From Eledone cirrhosa (taxonomy: Eukaryota), in assembly GCA_964016885.1 (NCBI GenBank), contig OZ024742.1, positions 233,864,001 through 233,928,000 on the forward strand: a stretch of 64,000 bases of DNA, read 5' to 3'. Positions within the stretch are counted from its first letter, which is position 1; each line of letters begins with the position of its first letter. Shown here one piece after another: positions 32,568 through 46,380 of this stretch. The notes under the pieces are model-generated. The model worked only from the letters and a program-made list of their open reading frames with translations. It was not told the origin of the DNA and ran no database searches. The position numbers and the translations under genes are program-made.

Positions 32568-32624
<57 letters not shown>

Positions 32625-32639
32625 ATTATATATATATTA

Positions 32640-32689
<50 letters not shown>

Positions 32690-32751
32690 ATATATATATT
32701 ATATATATATATTATATATATATATATTATATATATATATTATATATATAT

Positions 32752-32783
<32 letters not shown>

Positions 32784-32803
32784 ATATATATTATATATAT
32801 ATA

Positions 32804-32860
<57 letters not shown>

Positions 32861-32942
32861 TATATTATATATTATATATATATAATTATATATATTATAT
32901 ATATATATATATTATAAAATATATGTATTCTATATATATATA

Positions 32943-33016
<74 letters not shown>

Positions 33017-33018
<2 letters not shown>

Positions 33019-33402
33019 AGGGTGCTTCTACGAGATCCCAAGTCTTTTACTTTTAATACGTAAATTATAAATTATCAAATTTCCGTAAATTATAAATTAT
33101 CAAATTTCTAACCTTCAATCAGGACATTTTCAAATTCTCTTAACTCCCCATAACCCATCCTTTTACAATTCCGACAACTAATATAAAAGAGCCCCCTTAG
33201 AATATAGACCTCAAATATACAAGCGGAGCTGCTGATGTATACCACAATTTCAAACTGCTAGTCTTAAGTGATACGTTGATGTAAATAATGAACTTACAAT
33301 CACATGTTATATGCCTTGAAAAGTCCCACCATATGGTCGGACGAAACGGCTGTCGGCAATAAACTTGTTATAATGTCATAATAGTTCCTTTGTTCTTTTT
33401 CA

Positions 33403-33410
<8 letters not shown>
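33017..33410 (+). mobile_element. Isolated PLE-like 3' end (G) in (TA)n
   Basis: Unique island with a hammerhead followed by AATAAA and about 50 nt to the (TA)n junction, as in the other elements. Confidence 0.6.
33312..33358 (+). ncRNA. Hammerhead ribozyme with U3-A8 core variant
   Basis: UGCC-UUGAAAA-GUCC-C-ACCA-ua-UGGU-C-GGAC-GAAA-CGGCU-GUC-GGCA. Confidence 0.8.
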
Positions 33411-33478
<68 letters not shown>

Positions 33479-33487
33479 TATATATAC

Positions 33488-33535
<48 letters not shown>

Positions 33536-33631
33536 ATTATATACTCTTTTACCCTTTTACTCTTTTACCTGTTCCAGCCATCCAGCTGAGGCCATGTTAT
33601 ATATATATATATATTATATATATATTATATA

Positions 33632-33680
<49 letters not shown>

Positions 33681-33703
33681 ATATTATATATATATATATT
33701 ATT

Positions 33704-33892
<189 letters not shown>

Positions 33893-33927
33893 ATATATAT
33901 ATATATATATTGTATATATATATATAT

Positions 33928-33972
<45 letters not shown>

Positions 33973-34370
33973 GGAAAAAATGTAATTTTATTTCTCACTC
34001 TTAGTACGGCTGTCACTTAAATATAAGTATGTATACGTACATACATATATGTATACAGACGTACAGTAGTATGTATATACATACATAGATGCACACATAT
34101 ATATATGTACGCATGGGTTTACCGAACATTTATTATTATGTTCGATTTGTTTGTAAACAAACAGCCCGAATTAAGCCATACGGTGTTCGGCAACCATCGT
34201 TGCCCTTTTGTTGAACACTGACAAAGGAACGATGAACTAGTTTCTAGCTTATTAGCTGTCATCAGCACCGTATACCTTCCTGTCAGTCGATTGAACGTTT
34301 GAAAGTATATACTTTGCTTGTGCATATTAACGGCTGAGCAGCCTAATTTTCATTTCATATATATATATAT

Positions 34371-35155
34371 AAAATTGCAAGTCTGAAGAACTATTAGATA
34401 AAATATATACAGTATTTCCTCTCATAATGAGTATAAATCAACCACATAAAAAATTGTTTAAACGAGGCTATAAGTTTAAAATGTAATTATGAAGAAATAA
34501 TAGACAAATGATACAAATTATCTTTCGCGATGTACAGCCATGTGACATTTATCTAATTATTTCTTTTAGCCTGTATAAATTGACTAGACAAATAATTAAC
34601 TACACGGAGTTAGGTACAAAATAGAAGTTTAAAGAAAAAATGCACATAAAGTTTACTCAAATTCCTCTAGTCCCGACCACCGACGGTTTCGTTCCCCTTT
34701 TTGGATATACTCGATCTTGGATATATCCACGAGGCTTGGAACTCATCAGGAGATACCTCAGACTGGACTAAGTTTCTTCTATCATGATCTCCGCGAGAAA
34801 TGAATTCAAAATGGCTAAGAACTATCACGTGGCTAGCGGTCAAGGCATAAAATTTGTGATCGGTGCCTGTCGGTGAGTAGGCTGGTTGCTAGAAAGCGCA
34901 GCCGAATACTGCCTAAAGTTTTACCCAACCTTACGGGGGTATATATTAAATTCAAAGGGGTATATATATATAATTAGACATAGTCACAGATACATATATG
35001 AGTTTGGCAACCGTTCACGGTGTGGCTCAATGAAGAATTAATTAAGCAAATAATCATTAATCAGAGCTATATATAAAATGCAAGTCTGAAGAACTACTAG
35101 ATAAAATATATACAGTATTTCCTCTCCTAATCAGTATAAATCAACCACATAAAAA
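34371..35155 (-). mobile_element. ~700-bp hammerhead-bearing unit with ~85-bp terminal direct repeats (tandem pseudo-LTR or retrozyme-like)
   Basis: Direct repeats at about 34371-34455 and 35075-35155; no ORF. Confidence 0.6.
34671..34753 (-). ncRNA. Type I hammerhead ribozyme with extended stem II
   Basis: UCUC-CUGAUGA-GUUCC..UGGAUAUA..UAUAUCCA..GGAAC-GAAA-CC-gucggu-G-GUC-GGGA. Confidence 0.85.
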
Positions 35156-35164
35156 CCTATAGTC

Positions 35165-35656
35165 ATAAATCTTGGGTAATGACCGAAAGAATACGATCAG
35201 GAATACAAGTTGTCGAAATGGGGTTCCTCTTAAGGGTCTTTGGAGTAACATTACCAGATCGAGTGCGTAGCTCGAAGATCAGAGAGTCGCTCGAAGGTAG
35301 AACTGCAACTTCTGAAAATTGAGAGATCACAGCTCAAATACTACGGGTATGTGATCAGAATGTCTAATGAAAGAATCGCTGTACAAATTTTAGAGGCAAA
35401 CACCAACTGGCAGAAGACTTAGGAGTAAACCCCCAACAAGATGGTTGGATAACATCCATGAGCTTGGCTAGTCTCACTTAGCGATTCAGCCAGATCAACT
35501 GAAGACAGTTGCTTCTGACAGGACCCGCTGGAAGGCGTGCTTGGGGACTCTGTCCCCACGGCAGAAGAAGAAGAAGAAGAAGAAGAAGAAGAAGAAGAAG
35601 AAGAAGAAGAAGAAGAAGAAGAAGAAGAAGAAGAAGAAGAAGAAGAAGAAGAAGAA
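35165..35656 (+). mobile_element. RTE-clade LINE 3' fragment with (AGA)n tail
   Basis: Disrupted reading EMGFL.RV.GVTL.DRVRSS.IRE..IERSQLKYYG.VIRM..GRR...P.TRWLD..DRTRW; about 30 AGA units follow. Confidence 0.8.
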
Positions 35657-35699
35657 CCAAATCATTTCCATCACTATACATACATACATACATACACAC

Positions 35700-36010
35700 A
35701 CGCATGATGGGTGAAAGCTCTGCTAAGAGCATTGCAATCACTTGTCAGATTACAGAAAATGGTGCACTTTTAGGCTACGGCCAGCCACACGAACCTGTAA
35801 CATAACCTGAGGAAGCAAAGCCTGTGTTTTGAAGCTTTTTTAAGTGGGGAAAGGCCTTGCACTCGACCAATCCCACTCTCTGAGCATCGAGAACACTACC
35901 CGAAAAGGAGAACTGGTCATCATCATCGGATCCTTCCGAAGCCGCAGGTTTTTTTCAGAGTTTCTTTTTCAGAGTTTCAGTGACAACAACTGAGGGCCTT
36001 TCACTCCCAG
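35700..36010 (-). mobile_element. Diverged RTE-like 5'UTR fragment
   Basis: Similar to 2985-3125 (AAGGC.TTGCAC..CCCACTCTC..GCAGGT..TCAGAGTTT). Confidence 0.5.
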
Positions 36011-36326
36011 ATGAAAAAAGAGAGTACTATTTGGATTAATGGAACAGTAAAAATATGTAAAACATTCCAAAAATGTTGCATCTAATAACTGCATATACAC
36101 ATGTACACATACAACTCAAAACATCCACACATACAATAACATCCATATCTACACATGCATGCATACATGCATGTCTACCTAGTTGACGTTGTGTAAATTC
36201 AAATGAGAGAGTCTTGTGTCTATGTTAGAAACCGACTTTCTCTCTATTGGGAAAAAATTTGTGAAATTATAAAACCAGAAACATACATACATACATACAT
36301 ACATACATACATACATACATACATAC

Positions 36327-37366
36327 ATGGTGGCTGCCAACTCGTTTTCGAGTACGGCCACTACTTTATATCTAGTAGGAGAACCCCTACCGATGCGCTG
36401 AACGAGTGTGACTTTTTAGTCCAGCCTGCGACATGAAAACTCTGGTACAAACACTACACTTGTAACAATTATTGACACATAGTGCTGGGCCCATGGTACC
36501 ATGTAACGACAAGTGCAGAGAGATCTCCAGATATAAAGCAATGCCTGTGCCGTGAAGCTTTTATAGTGAGCAAAGGCACTGCACAAAGCCAGTCCCACTC
36601 TCTTAACCAAGATGATATTTACCAAAAAGAAGAACAAGTCAACATCATTGGATACCATCAGGGTTTCAGGTGTTATATCAGAGTTTTCCTTCTAGAATTC
36701 TGCCTTGACAAAGGCTAAGGGGTCATCTCTCCCACATACATACATACATACATACATACATACATGGTGGCTGCCAACTCGTTTTCGAGTACGGCCACTA
36801 CTTTATATCCATGTAGAACTCCTACCGATGCGCTGAACGAGTGTGACTTTTTAGTCCAGTCAGCGACTTGAAAACTCTGGTACAAACACTACACTTGTGA
36901 CAATTATTGACACATAGTGCTGGGCCCATGGTACCATGTAACGACAAGTGCAGAGAGATCTCCAGATATAAAGCAATGCCTGTGCCGTGAAGCCTTTATA
37001 GTGAGCAAAGGCACTGCACAAAGCCAGTCCCACTCTCTTAACCAAGATGATATTTACCAATAAGAAGAACAAGTCAACATCATTGGATACCATCAGATTG
37101 CAGGTGTTATATCAGAGTTTTCCTTCTAGAATTCTGCCTTGACAAAGGCTAAGGGGTCATCTCTCCCGGTGATTTTGGATGGTCATTGACTCTTAAGTGC
37201 TCCTTTGCCCTTTGACAGGTTTTGTTTTTAGTCCTGCAGGGTGTCCAAAGTCACCCTCCTCACCAAGAAACCTTGGTGGGGTTGCCAGTTTAGTCGCCAA
37301 CGACCCGACCATGAGACAGGTTGTACTGGGATACATGTTACCAGTAGCACCAACTGGTGACCTGAC
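36327..37366 (-). mobile_element. Tandem pair of the non-autonomous RTE retroposon (36327-36733 truncated; 36764-37366 full), bounded by (ACAT)n
   Basis: High identity to 2721-3358. Confidence 0.8.
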
Positions 37367-37984
37367 AAAGATACATACATACATACATACATACATACAT
37401 ACATACATACATACATACATACATACATACATACATACAAAAGACAAAGAAAGATTGCAATTCAAGAATCACGGTGAGCGAAAATGAAACTGAACAATGG
37501 TGCATCGTTCCGTGTATATAATTACTAAGATGGCCATAATGTGAAGAAGATAGGCAAGATGGATTGACATCATTTAAAAGGCAAGAACAATAGGTGTTAC
37601 GTATACGCGATGGTGGTTTTGTGTGTGTTATGAGTATCACCGTATTTATTTGTATGTATGTGAGTATGTGAATACGTATGCGTGTCTGTATGTTACACAA
37701 ACATAGTATGAGCAGGGTCTATATAATCTCCATAGGCTGACCTATTTCCAACCTATATTTGACATGACCTGAATTCCATTAACTTAAAAAATAAAAGCAA
37801 TAAAACTTCCAAATTGCAACATAAACACGATACTCAAATAAACCCCATTCCCCACATACTAGATAACAATAACCATTTAGGTAAAGATACAAATAACAGA
37901 ATATGTAAGATTATAATTTTATTTATACCCCAATCATAAACCACAGTCAAAAACAAAATCACTTCATTGTAAATTCCTTCTACA

Positions 37985-38150
37985 AGCGATTAGGATGCTA
38001 GGCTCATGATCGTAAGCTCGAGAGTTCGATTCCTGGACCGAGAGGTGCGTTGTGTCCTTGAGCAAGACACTTTATTTCACGTTCCTTCATTCCACAAGTT
38101 CATGCAACTGGTCCAGCCAGTCATTGGGGTGCAACTCTAGACATTTTTCT
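37985..38150 (+). mobile_element. tRNA-derived SINE fragment
   Basis: B-box GAGTTCGATTCC followed by CORE-like TGTGTCCTTGAGCAAGACACTT. Confidence 0.7.
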
Positions 38151-38344
38151 GCATACCCACCCTGACACTTTCCAAGTGTCCAATCCCTCACTAAATTTAG
38201 CCTGTCAGCAGAAGTAGTTACCAGGATATGGCTGAAAATTATCCCTGAGAAACAGATGAAAACAAGTGTATTCATCCGTCCCTAAAGATGACGCTGCCGG
38301 ACATCTAAATGTTCTCTCAATTTTCAAAAACCCCGGTTTTAAGA

Positions 38345-38530
38345 TAATTGTTTCTACTTTAGGCACAAGGCCAGCAATTACCCAGTACATTACTGGTACT
38401 TTATTTTATCGACCCCGTAAGGATGAAAGGCAAAGTCAACCTCGGCGGGATTTGAACTCAGATCGTAAAGGGACGTAACTATGCTGGAGAGCATGGCGTC
38501 CGACCCTCTACCGATACTGCCAATCCACTA
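38345..38530 (-). mobile_element. Nin/Deu-domain tRNA-derived SINE; further copies at about 38885-39025(-), 40600-40760(-), 41045-41185(-), 45220-45360(+), 48600-48920(-), 50345-50585(-), 50690-50995(+), 53330-53510(+)
   Basis: GAGTTCAAATCCCGCCGAGGTTGACTTTGCCTTTCATCCTTACGGGGTCGATAAAATAAAGTACCAGT. Confidence 0.8.
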
Positions 38531-40314
38531 AGATAATATTTCTTTAAATTATGGATAACTATACATCCTGTATCGCAATAACATTTCTTCACATCAATTC
38601 ACTTTATTTTCAAAGAAACATTAGATTAAGCAGTGTCCCGTATTGAAGTAACGTTTCATTAAATCGTTTCACCCTAGTTTCGGGTACACATCGGGTAACG
38701 GTGCATCTGGTTTTGAAATAATCACAGTTTAGATGAGCACAGAAACATAGTAGATATATTCAGGCGTTATCTTCCATTAATCATCATCCTTCAAACTCGT
38801 TGCTCCTCGGAGTACCAATAAAGGACTCTTGAAGTCCATCTACTATCTCAACAAAGATTTGGCCTGTAAAACAATAGCAGTAACCGACTGGTACTATATT
38901 TTATCAACCCCAGTAGGATGAAAGGCAACGTTGACCTCGGTGAAATATCAGCTCAGAATGTAATGATCCAGAACAAATACTGTAATTACATTTTAACCAA
39001 CACTCTTCCAATTCTGCCAATTCACAATTAATAATGTAAAACTACATTAAGTTTATCTTATATTTTATTTTAAAATCGAGTAGGTTCCAACTGTAAATGT
39101 AGTAAAAAGCTTTAAGTCAAGTGTATATATTCTATGTGGATTTTAATATCTTTATACAGTAAAAGATTCTTAAAGAATGAGAAAATGGCACACCCCATTA
39201 AATTTCTTACTTTATCAGAAAATGTGCTACCAATTTGTTGTAATAAGCGTATTGTCTTTGTTTGTTTGTTGTTGTTTTTTAAGTTCCTTTTTAGATATAT
39301 GAACTTAATGCATTTAAGAAGCAACCTATCAGGACCAGGTGTCATTTTATAGTTTTGAATGCAATAACCAAAGAAATCTGTGCTTGTTTTATCAAAAACA
39401 CATTTTCTTTCTAAATATTTATATTGAAATATTTGACATTCAACAGAAATGCCTGTAGTTTTCTACTATGATCTTTAGTGAAGCTACCGCATACAGTGAA
39501 GTTTAAACAAGAGTAAGTACATTAAATATTGTTCTGTGGGATAAGTCGGTACATCACTCGTTGAAAAACTGCTATATGTTCGTATGGCCATGTCACATGG
39601 TTTGAAAGGCAGTATAAGGACGGTGTTTAATCACTAGTGCTAACACATAATTGCTGTGCTACAATTAACTGCTCAACAGCTAACAGTGGAAAAACACCAT
39701 ATATATGACTGTTGATAGTTGAGAAATCAATTACAATTTGTCATTTCTGATCCTGGTTTTTTGGTTTCTATAACTCAGCTTTCCGTGATGAGTCACTCGG
39801 TTCTAAGATGCTTTCTTGTCTTGAGAAATTGCAATCATCCATGGACTGTCTTAGAAAGGGTGTAGCAATAAAGTTTGCATTTGGAGTTAGATTAATGAAG
39901 AATATCACATATGTAACCTTCAGGAAAGCAAAATATGACAATGCTAGAGAGCCTTCAGTGTCATTAAACTTAAATACCACTGAAAAATACTGTGGCATGA
40001 AACTAGTATAACAACCGAGTGGTTACTCCTTGTACATTTCAACATATCAGTTATTATTCCTGTAATCGGGGAATTTATCAGTACAGACGTTATCAAAATG
40101 ATACTCCGAAAAAGTTTAATGACTAAACTATTCTACTTATTATTCTTATTATTATCAACTTAATTATCGACAAAATTATCGGTGCTCAACAAAAGCTTGT
40201 GTTGGTTGATTGTTAATTACAATCTTAAAGAATACACAAGCCAGAAAACAAAGTTAAAAACGTGAATGCGTTCTTTAGTGGATTCTCCGTCAGTGACAAC
40301 CATGAGCATTCGAG

Positions 40315-40500
40315 TACTCAGACTCAGACTCAGAAGCTCCCGCGTCTTGCGACGCATGGGGCAATCATAGTGTTCCACCGCGTTCGGTCAGCAGCCAGTT
40401 GCACAGCGTCCCGCCATTGTCTGTTTGTCGCTCGCAGGTCCCTCTCAACTGTCTGGCGCCAGTTCATTTTGGGTCGCCCTCTCCGTCTGAATTCCTGTTT
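40315..40500 (-). mobile_element. RTE-type LINE 3' end
   Basis: RRRGRPKMNWRQTVERDL..AADRTRW, then a short (TCTGAG)n tail. Confidence 0.75.
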
Positions 40501-41284
40501 GTAAATTAACATATAAGCAGCTGTGTATTCCACAAACATATGTACACTTAATGCAATTTTCAGGATCAATCATCAAAGCTGAACATTTGAGAAGAATCAA
40601 TCCCAGTATTGGATTGGTATTTTATTTATCGACCACGAAAGGATAAAATGCAAATTTGAGCTTGGCGAAATTTGAACAAGTAACGTATAGAGAATTTAAA
40701 CCAATGCCGAAAAACATTCTATCCAGTAATCCAATGATTATATTAATTAACCACCCAGCACTTTCGCAAGAAAACCCTAAGACTATTATTATGAAAATCT
40801 CAAGCCATTCAATTATTTAAAGAGAAACAGAATTGCTTCCAGTCAATATTTAACAGTAATTTTATTGAAGTTTGGTTTCAAACACTAATATAGCTAAATA
40901 ATTTCTGAACCCATTTCTCGAAACGAATTTTTGAAATTTCATATCCCTTAGCTGGCGTAAAATACTTAGCAAAGACTGCTATAAATAAATCATATCGATT
41001 TCTGATTCATGCACAAAGCCAGTAAATTTTGGAGGAAGGCAAAATTGATTAAATTAACCCCAGTGCTTAATTTTATTGACACCAAAGTTGTCCTCGACGA
41101 GATTTGTACTCAGAATGTAAAAAGCCACAACAAATACCTCAATGGTCTTTTATCCGACGCTCTACCAATTCTGCCAATCCATCACCCTAATGCAAAATAT
41201 TACATATTGCTACATATCTATACTTTTATTTATTGCTTTATAATGCTCTCATGTCTGCAAAATATGCAACAAAAAGACCATTGT

Positions 41285-44190
41285 GGATATTTCGTGCCTA
41301 TCCACCTCGACGCCACAAGCGGTCACAGGCGCCCGGCACAACGGGGATCCGAACTGCTCGACGCGGACGAGGCTCTTGTGGTGATCTCCCGCTCGCCTCA
41401 GGCAGTCGCGGAGAGTCATCACCAGGATCCCCAAAGCTGCTCGCACTGTCGCGACCGAAGCGTTAGCGACGCCCATCGATCGAGCGCTTGACTCGGACTT
41501 CCCGCAAGACTGGACCAAACTGTTCAGGTTTGCGACCCTCGTACTCGGTACTCGGTATCCTGTTGGTAGAGAAGCCGATGGTGGAAGAGAGATCAGGCCC
41601 CTCCCAGATTTCGAGACTCAAGGGCAATATCGCTTCTTTCTATAACCCTTCGCCTGCGAGTCTCCTGGCCCTCTTGTGCTGCCCACCAGCGCCGATACAG
41701 CACCCGCAGTCCACTCCCGACAGTATGAAATGTCTCTGGGACAGCATCAACTTCAAACTAATTAAGGGTGGCGTTTCGGCGGTTGTGTGTGCCTGGCCTC
41801 AAGCAGCGCTGTGCTCTGGCCTACACCTGATGTCTTATCAGCACTTCGCCAAAAACATTCGCCCCACCCCACCCCACCCCATCCCAGCCGACATTAGGGA
41901 CGTTCCAACCCTGGCCAGTAACCTTTCCCTGCCTGCATTCAGTGAGGAAATAGTAGCTGCCCTGAGATCCTTCCCAGGCAGCAGCAGTAGTAGTGGAGTG
42001 GACGGCCTGCGTCCCGGCCATCCACCTCAGAGACCTCATCTCGCCTCACGCCGCAGAGGCAGGGGCCCGATTGCTCCAGTTACTAACAGCCTTCTCCAAC
42101 TGTCTCCTCCATGTCAACTTGCCCTGCCATGCCTTTCTTTTCTTCTCAGCCAGTCTGACCACCCTGAGGAAGAATGGTGAAGGCGTCCACTCCATCGTGG
42201 TGGACAACGTCTTCCGACGACTTGCAGCAAAGATAGCTTGCATGTCAGTTAAAGACGACCTGTGCGAGGTGCTAAGCACCATCCAGCTCGGAGTAGGAAT
42301 CAAGTGCACATGGAGGCTGCAGCTCATGCGGCCAAACATTTCATAGAGCACGCACCTCTTTCGTCACCCCATCTCCTTGTGAAGCTGGACATGACAAACG
42401 CCTTCAACAGCGTTAGGTGGGATCACGTCTTAGAAACGTGTCTCAGACGAGCCCCCTCCATTTACGGAAGACCCAGCTTACTCATGGGCGCAGAAAACAG
42501 GGTTACTTCCGTCACGGGTGTCCAGCAAGGAGACCCATTCGGCCCGCTCCTATTTGCGCTGGCAGTCGGCGATGTTGCCCGCTCGGTTCGGTCGCCCCTC
42601 AACGTTTGGTACCTGGACGGCGCGACCCTGAGTGGTTCGACTGAGACGGTTGTTGAGGACCTTCAGCTAATCAGCCCAGCTCTAAATCTCCTCAAACTCG
42701 AGATCAAGCCATTTAAGTTAGAGGTGATAAACGTAAGCATCGGAGAGGCCGAATTCCACGACGCTGTACTCATCACCCAAAGACGCCGCCAAAAATGCCG
42801 CCTGCATTCTCAGCTTTCCAATTTTCTCGAAACCCATAAGAGGGTGTCTGAAGACCAAGCATGCAGACTTGTCCCGAATGGCAGAAAGGCTGCGTCTCAT
42901 TAACACTCACTTGGCACTCATCCTCTTGAGGAACTGCTTCGCCCTCTCCAAATTTCTGTTCACGCTGCGCGGTGCACCTTGTCACCCTCCACACAGATCT
43001 TCTCGGCGAACTCGATTCCACCATCCGATGCTGTGTGGAACTCATCTGAAATGAACTTTACGACAGCGCCGGATAGCAACAGGCGAAGTTCCCAGCGAAG
43101 TTCGATGGCCGCGGCCTCCGATCCGCTTCTGATATGGCTCTACCAGCCTACCTTCCCTCAATCTCCTCCAGTTGCGATCTCGTCAGCAAGGTCCTCAGCA
43201 AGACCGCCGAACCTGACGTGGCCCCATAGCTTCAGCAGGCTCTGGCCGACTGGACAGGCGAAGGCCTCTCTGTCCCCCAGTATACACATGTCCAACATAA
43301 CTGGGACGACATTAGATGCAGGTCTTCCTTCAGGTGGATCGAGTCTGGGTTGAACCAACACCGCCTCGCCTGTCTATGCTCCGCTTCACAGCCAAACAGC
43401 GGTGCGTGACTAAATTGGGTGCCCTCCTTATCAACCGGTACCCTTCTTGATGACGAATCTACTCGCATCGGAGTGACCCGAAGCCTCGGCCTCTGCGTGT
43501 GTGAGCCACACTAATGCCGTTGTGGGGCGGTTGTTGACAAGTTTTGCCTACACCAACTGTCTTGCCGCCAGAATGCAGGCCGGTTCACCCGCATACCGCA
43601 CTCAATGACATATTGAGAAGGAGTTTGGATGCAGCTGGCTTCCCATCACAACTGAAGCCAGCAGACCTCGACCGCGGAAACGGCAAGTGCCCCAACAGAA
43701 TTACATTCTTCCCATTCGAAGAAGGTAGACCCCTCATCTGGGACGTCACATGTTGTGACACGTTCTCCACCTCCAACTTAGTCGCTTCGGCCACAAACTC
43801 TGGTATTGCGGCCTGCAATGCAGAGGAAAGGAAGACAAACAAATATCAGCGATTTTCCGGTTGCTTCCTCTTCGCACAGGTCGAGACCTCAGGCGTAATT
43901 GAACCCCGTAATTCTGAGCTCCTCCCCAAGATCGGAACGTCAGCAGCCCATCTGAGGAAGGAGCCCTGCTAGGTAGGATGGCCGTTGCATCAGGTATCGC
44001 TGACCATTGTCCGCAGAAATGCTTTTACGGTCTTGTCCGCGGGGCACAGTCCTAACACCACTACGCTCCAGGCTAAGAGCCCATCACCTTCCCCTTTCCT
44101 TTCCCATTCTTCTGTGGCCCCAGAGCCCTTGCTTTTTCTTCCTCTTCCGTTTTTACAAATTTGTAGTGTTTTTCTAATTATTTTATAGTC
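41285..44190 (+). mobile_element. Degenerate CRE-like non-LTR retrotransposon (RT + restriction-like endonuclease)
   Basis: GVDGLRP; FRRLAAKIAC; QLGVG; LVKLDMTNAFNSV; GVQQGDPFGPLLF; WYLDG; CG/HTALND region; LIWDVTC; EERKTNKY; multiple frameshifts; GC-rich against the background. Confidence 0.85.
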
Positions 44191-46179
44191 ATTCATTCAT
44201 CTCGTTACTCAAAGTGTGTATAGTCTAAATATTAGTGTATTAATCAGCCACCTAGGATGGAGTATTGAGTGAATTTCATGTCATAAAAATTCTTATTTAC
44301 ACGAAGAAAACTACGTTGCCTGGGAAGAAGCAAATACAGCAGTAATTATATTGTTTATCAAATCAAGACTTCACAGTATCCCTTCACTTTTCATCTTGAC
44401 CTTCCAGTGTCGTGTGGGTGTTGTTTATGCAGTATCTTCGGTAAATATAGCCTGGCGGTACTATTCTCTCTCCGAGCTACCAAATCAAGACTGGTAGTAA
44501 TAAATAGATTTTTTCATCGCTTTCTTGATACTATTCTATTTTTGTCGAAGAGGTGACTTGGTTTCTGTAGTTCTTCTTAACAAATTGGCGATAGTAATAA
44601 TGGAATTTAGGGAGAAGGGGGTTGAATATCTTAATAAATATAACCCTGTATTATCTCAATATGTTACACGTGTATGGAGAACAGCCCGAGAATTGAACAA
44701 AACTCAAAATACACCCTCTTTCGAATAATATTGAAAATATATTCATTGAAATCGTTTGAGCAAAAGAACATCACTAAGGAAATGATAACGACGATGGATT
44801 GTAGTATCGGTAGAGCGTCAGACATCATGTTTTGCAGAATAGAGTTTTCCAGCTATTCTTCCTCCTCGGCCCTATTTATTGTCAGGCCATGATAACAATT
44901 GCCATATTTTATGTATAGATCCTTCAACTGTGAGTTGTGTCCTGACATTAAAAAACCTTCATTCCAATATAGACTTATACAAGAGGCGCAAAAGTGCCGT
45001 GCTGATAAAAGTGTTTATCGAGGCGGAGCACCCTCACCATTGCTAGGAATTACAGTGGTGCGCAGATTGTCTTGGAGTAGAATGACAACTACAATTTACT
45101 CCAGTGTAAATCATACCCTGAATCTCACTGAATTATGCCGAGGGCTTACCAAAACAGCTACCACTTGCTTTGGAACGCGTTCATAATAATGGGCTTAGGG
45201 TTTTCTAGTGAAAGCACAGGGCGGCAAATTGACACAATCATTGGGATGTTGGATAAAATGTTTCGCGGTTTTCATTTTGGCTCTTTACACCATTAACCCC
45301 ATCGAGCTTAAAATATTTTAGGGATCGATGAATAAAGTACCAATTAAATACTGGGGGTGATTCTTCTCTCTGCCATGCACGTGTAATTCAAAGGTCCAGC
45401 TTGGTTTCACTGACTGGATGTTTCGGTCTGAGAATTGCATTGTGTACATACATGTTTTTGGAATACTCAGCCATACGTTGAACGCTTTCCAAAAAAAGCT
45501 ACCACATTCTTCAGAAAGCGTTAAATATCTTCAGTTCATATCATCAGCGTTGGGGGAAGGTGTTATACAAGTCTCGTTGCATGCAATGTCAAAGACACGA
45601 TAGTCAGAGAGAATTCGTTGCATACGATCAATTGCACGGTATGGCATAGTGTGGTAAATGCAGTGGCTGAGTTGAGAAAAGTTATAAATTTGACAACCGA
45701 GTGTAAGTCTGATCTTCGAGGTATCAAAAATTACTTTGAATGTGTACCGATGTCAATAGTTTGATTTAAAGTTCTCACACTGTTCAATGAAATCAACTAG
45801 GTATTCGAATCACTGTGTTATAGAGGTTGTAAGGGACAACATTGATCAATTATTGCTAGATATCGTGAGAATGGGAGAGAAATGGAATGCTATACTTGAA
45901 AAATCACGGCGTGATGCAATGAAAACTGTTACTTCAAAGAGTTTTACTATTCGCAGAGAGTGCCTAACGCTTGATGTCGAAAATTGCTTCAGTCTTTGTA
46001 GTCTTCAAAGTAATTGATTATGTTGTGAATGGAATTTCAGGTCGCTTATCTATGGTGAGAGACATTTGTGGAGTGGAATGGAAACGGCCTCCGTTAGTTC
46101 CGACGATAAGCATTCCAATCGTTCGTTCAACGGAACAGCCAGCTCATGAAATTAAAGTACAAATTAAAGTTCAAATACC

Positions 46180-46380
46180 ACAGTCACAATTCTCAGGGAG
46201 ATACAACGTGGGACATTGTATGACTGGGTTAGTCCTTTGAATTACTGGTACAATCCATTCATCCCAATTTCATTCACAACGCTTAGGTTGACACTTGCCT
46301 AAGACGTCACGTTGTGGAATCGAACCCGGGTCCTAATGATTGTGAAGTGAACTTCTTAACCATTCGGCCGTGCTGTGTCC
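46180..46380 (-). mobile_element. tRNA-derived SINE (second family; related copy about 47250-47580)
   Basis: B-box GGGTTCGATTCC on minus; shared body containing GTAATTCAAAGG and GAGAATT. Confidence 0.55.

Noticed and set aside
35563-35656. Poly-Arg/Leu/Phe ORFs
   Set aside because: (AGA)n tail of an RTE LINE.
37985-38040. tRNA-like sequences at SINE heads
   Set aside because: They continue into SINE bodies and lack a full cloverleaf; not called as tRNA genes.
39768-39998. Minus ORF with SYFAFLK..FFINL faintly resembling a TMC-family segment
   Set aside because: Short resemblance only; no other family motifs and no convincing splice pair.
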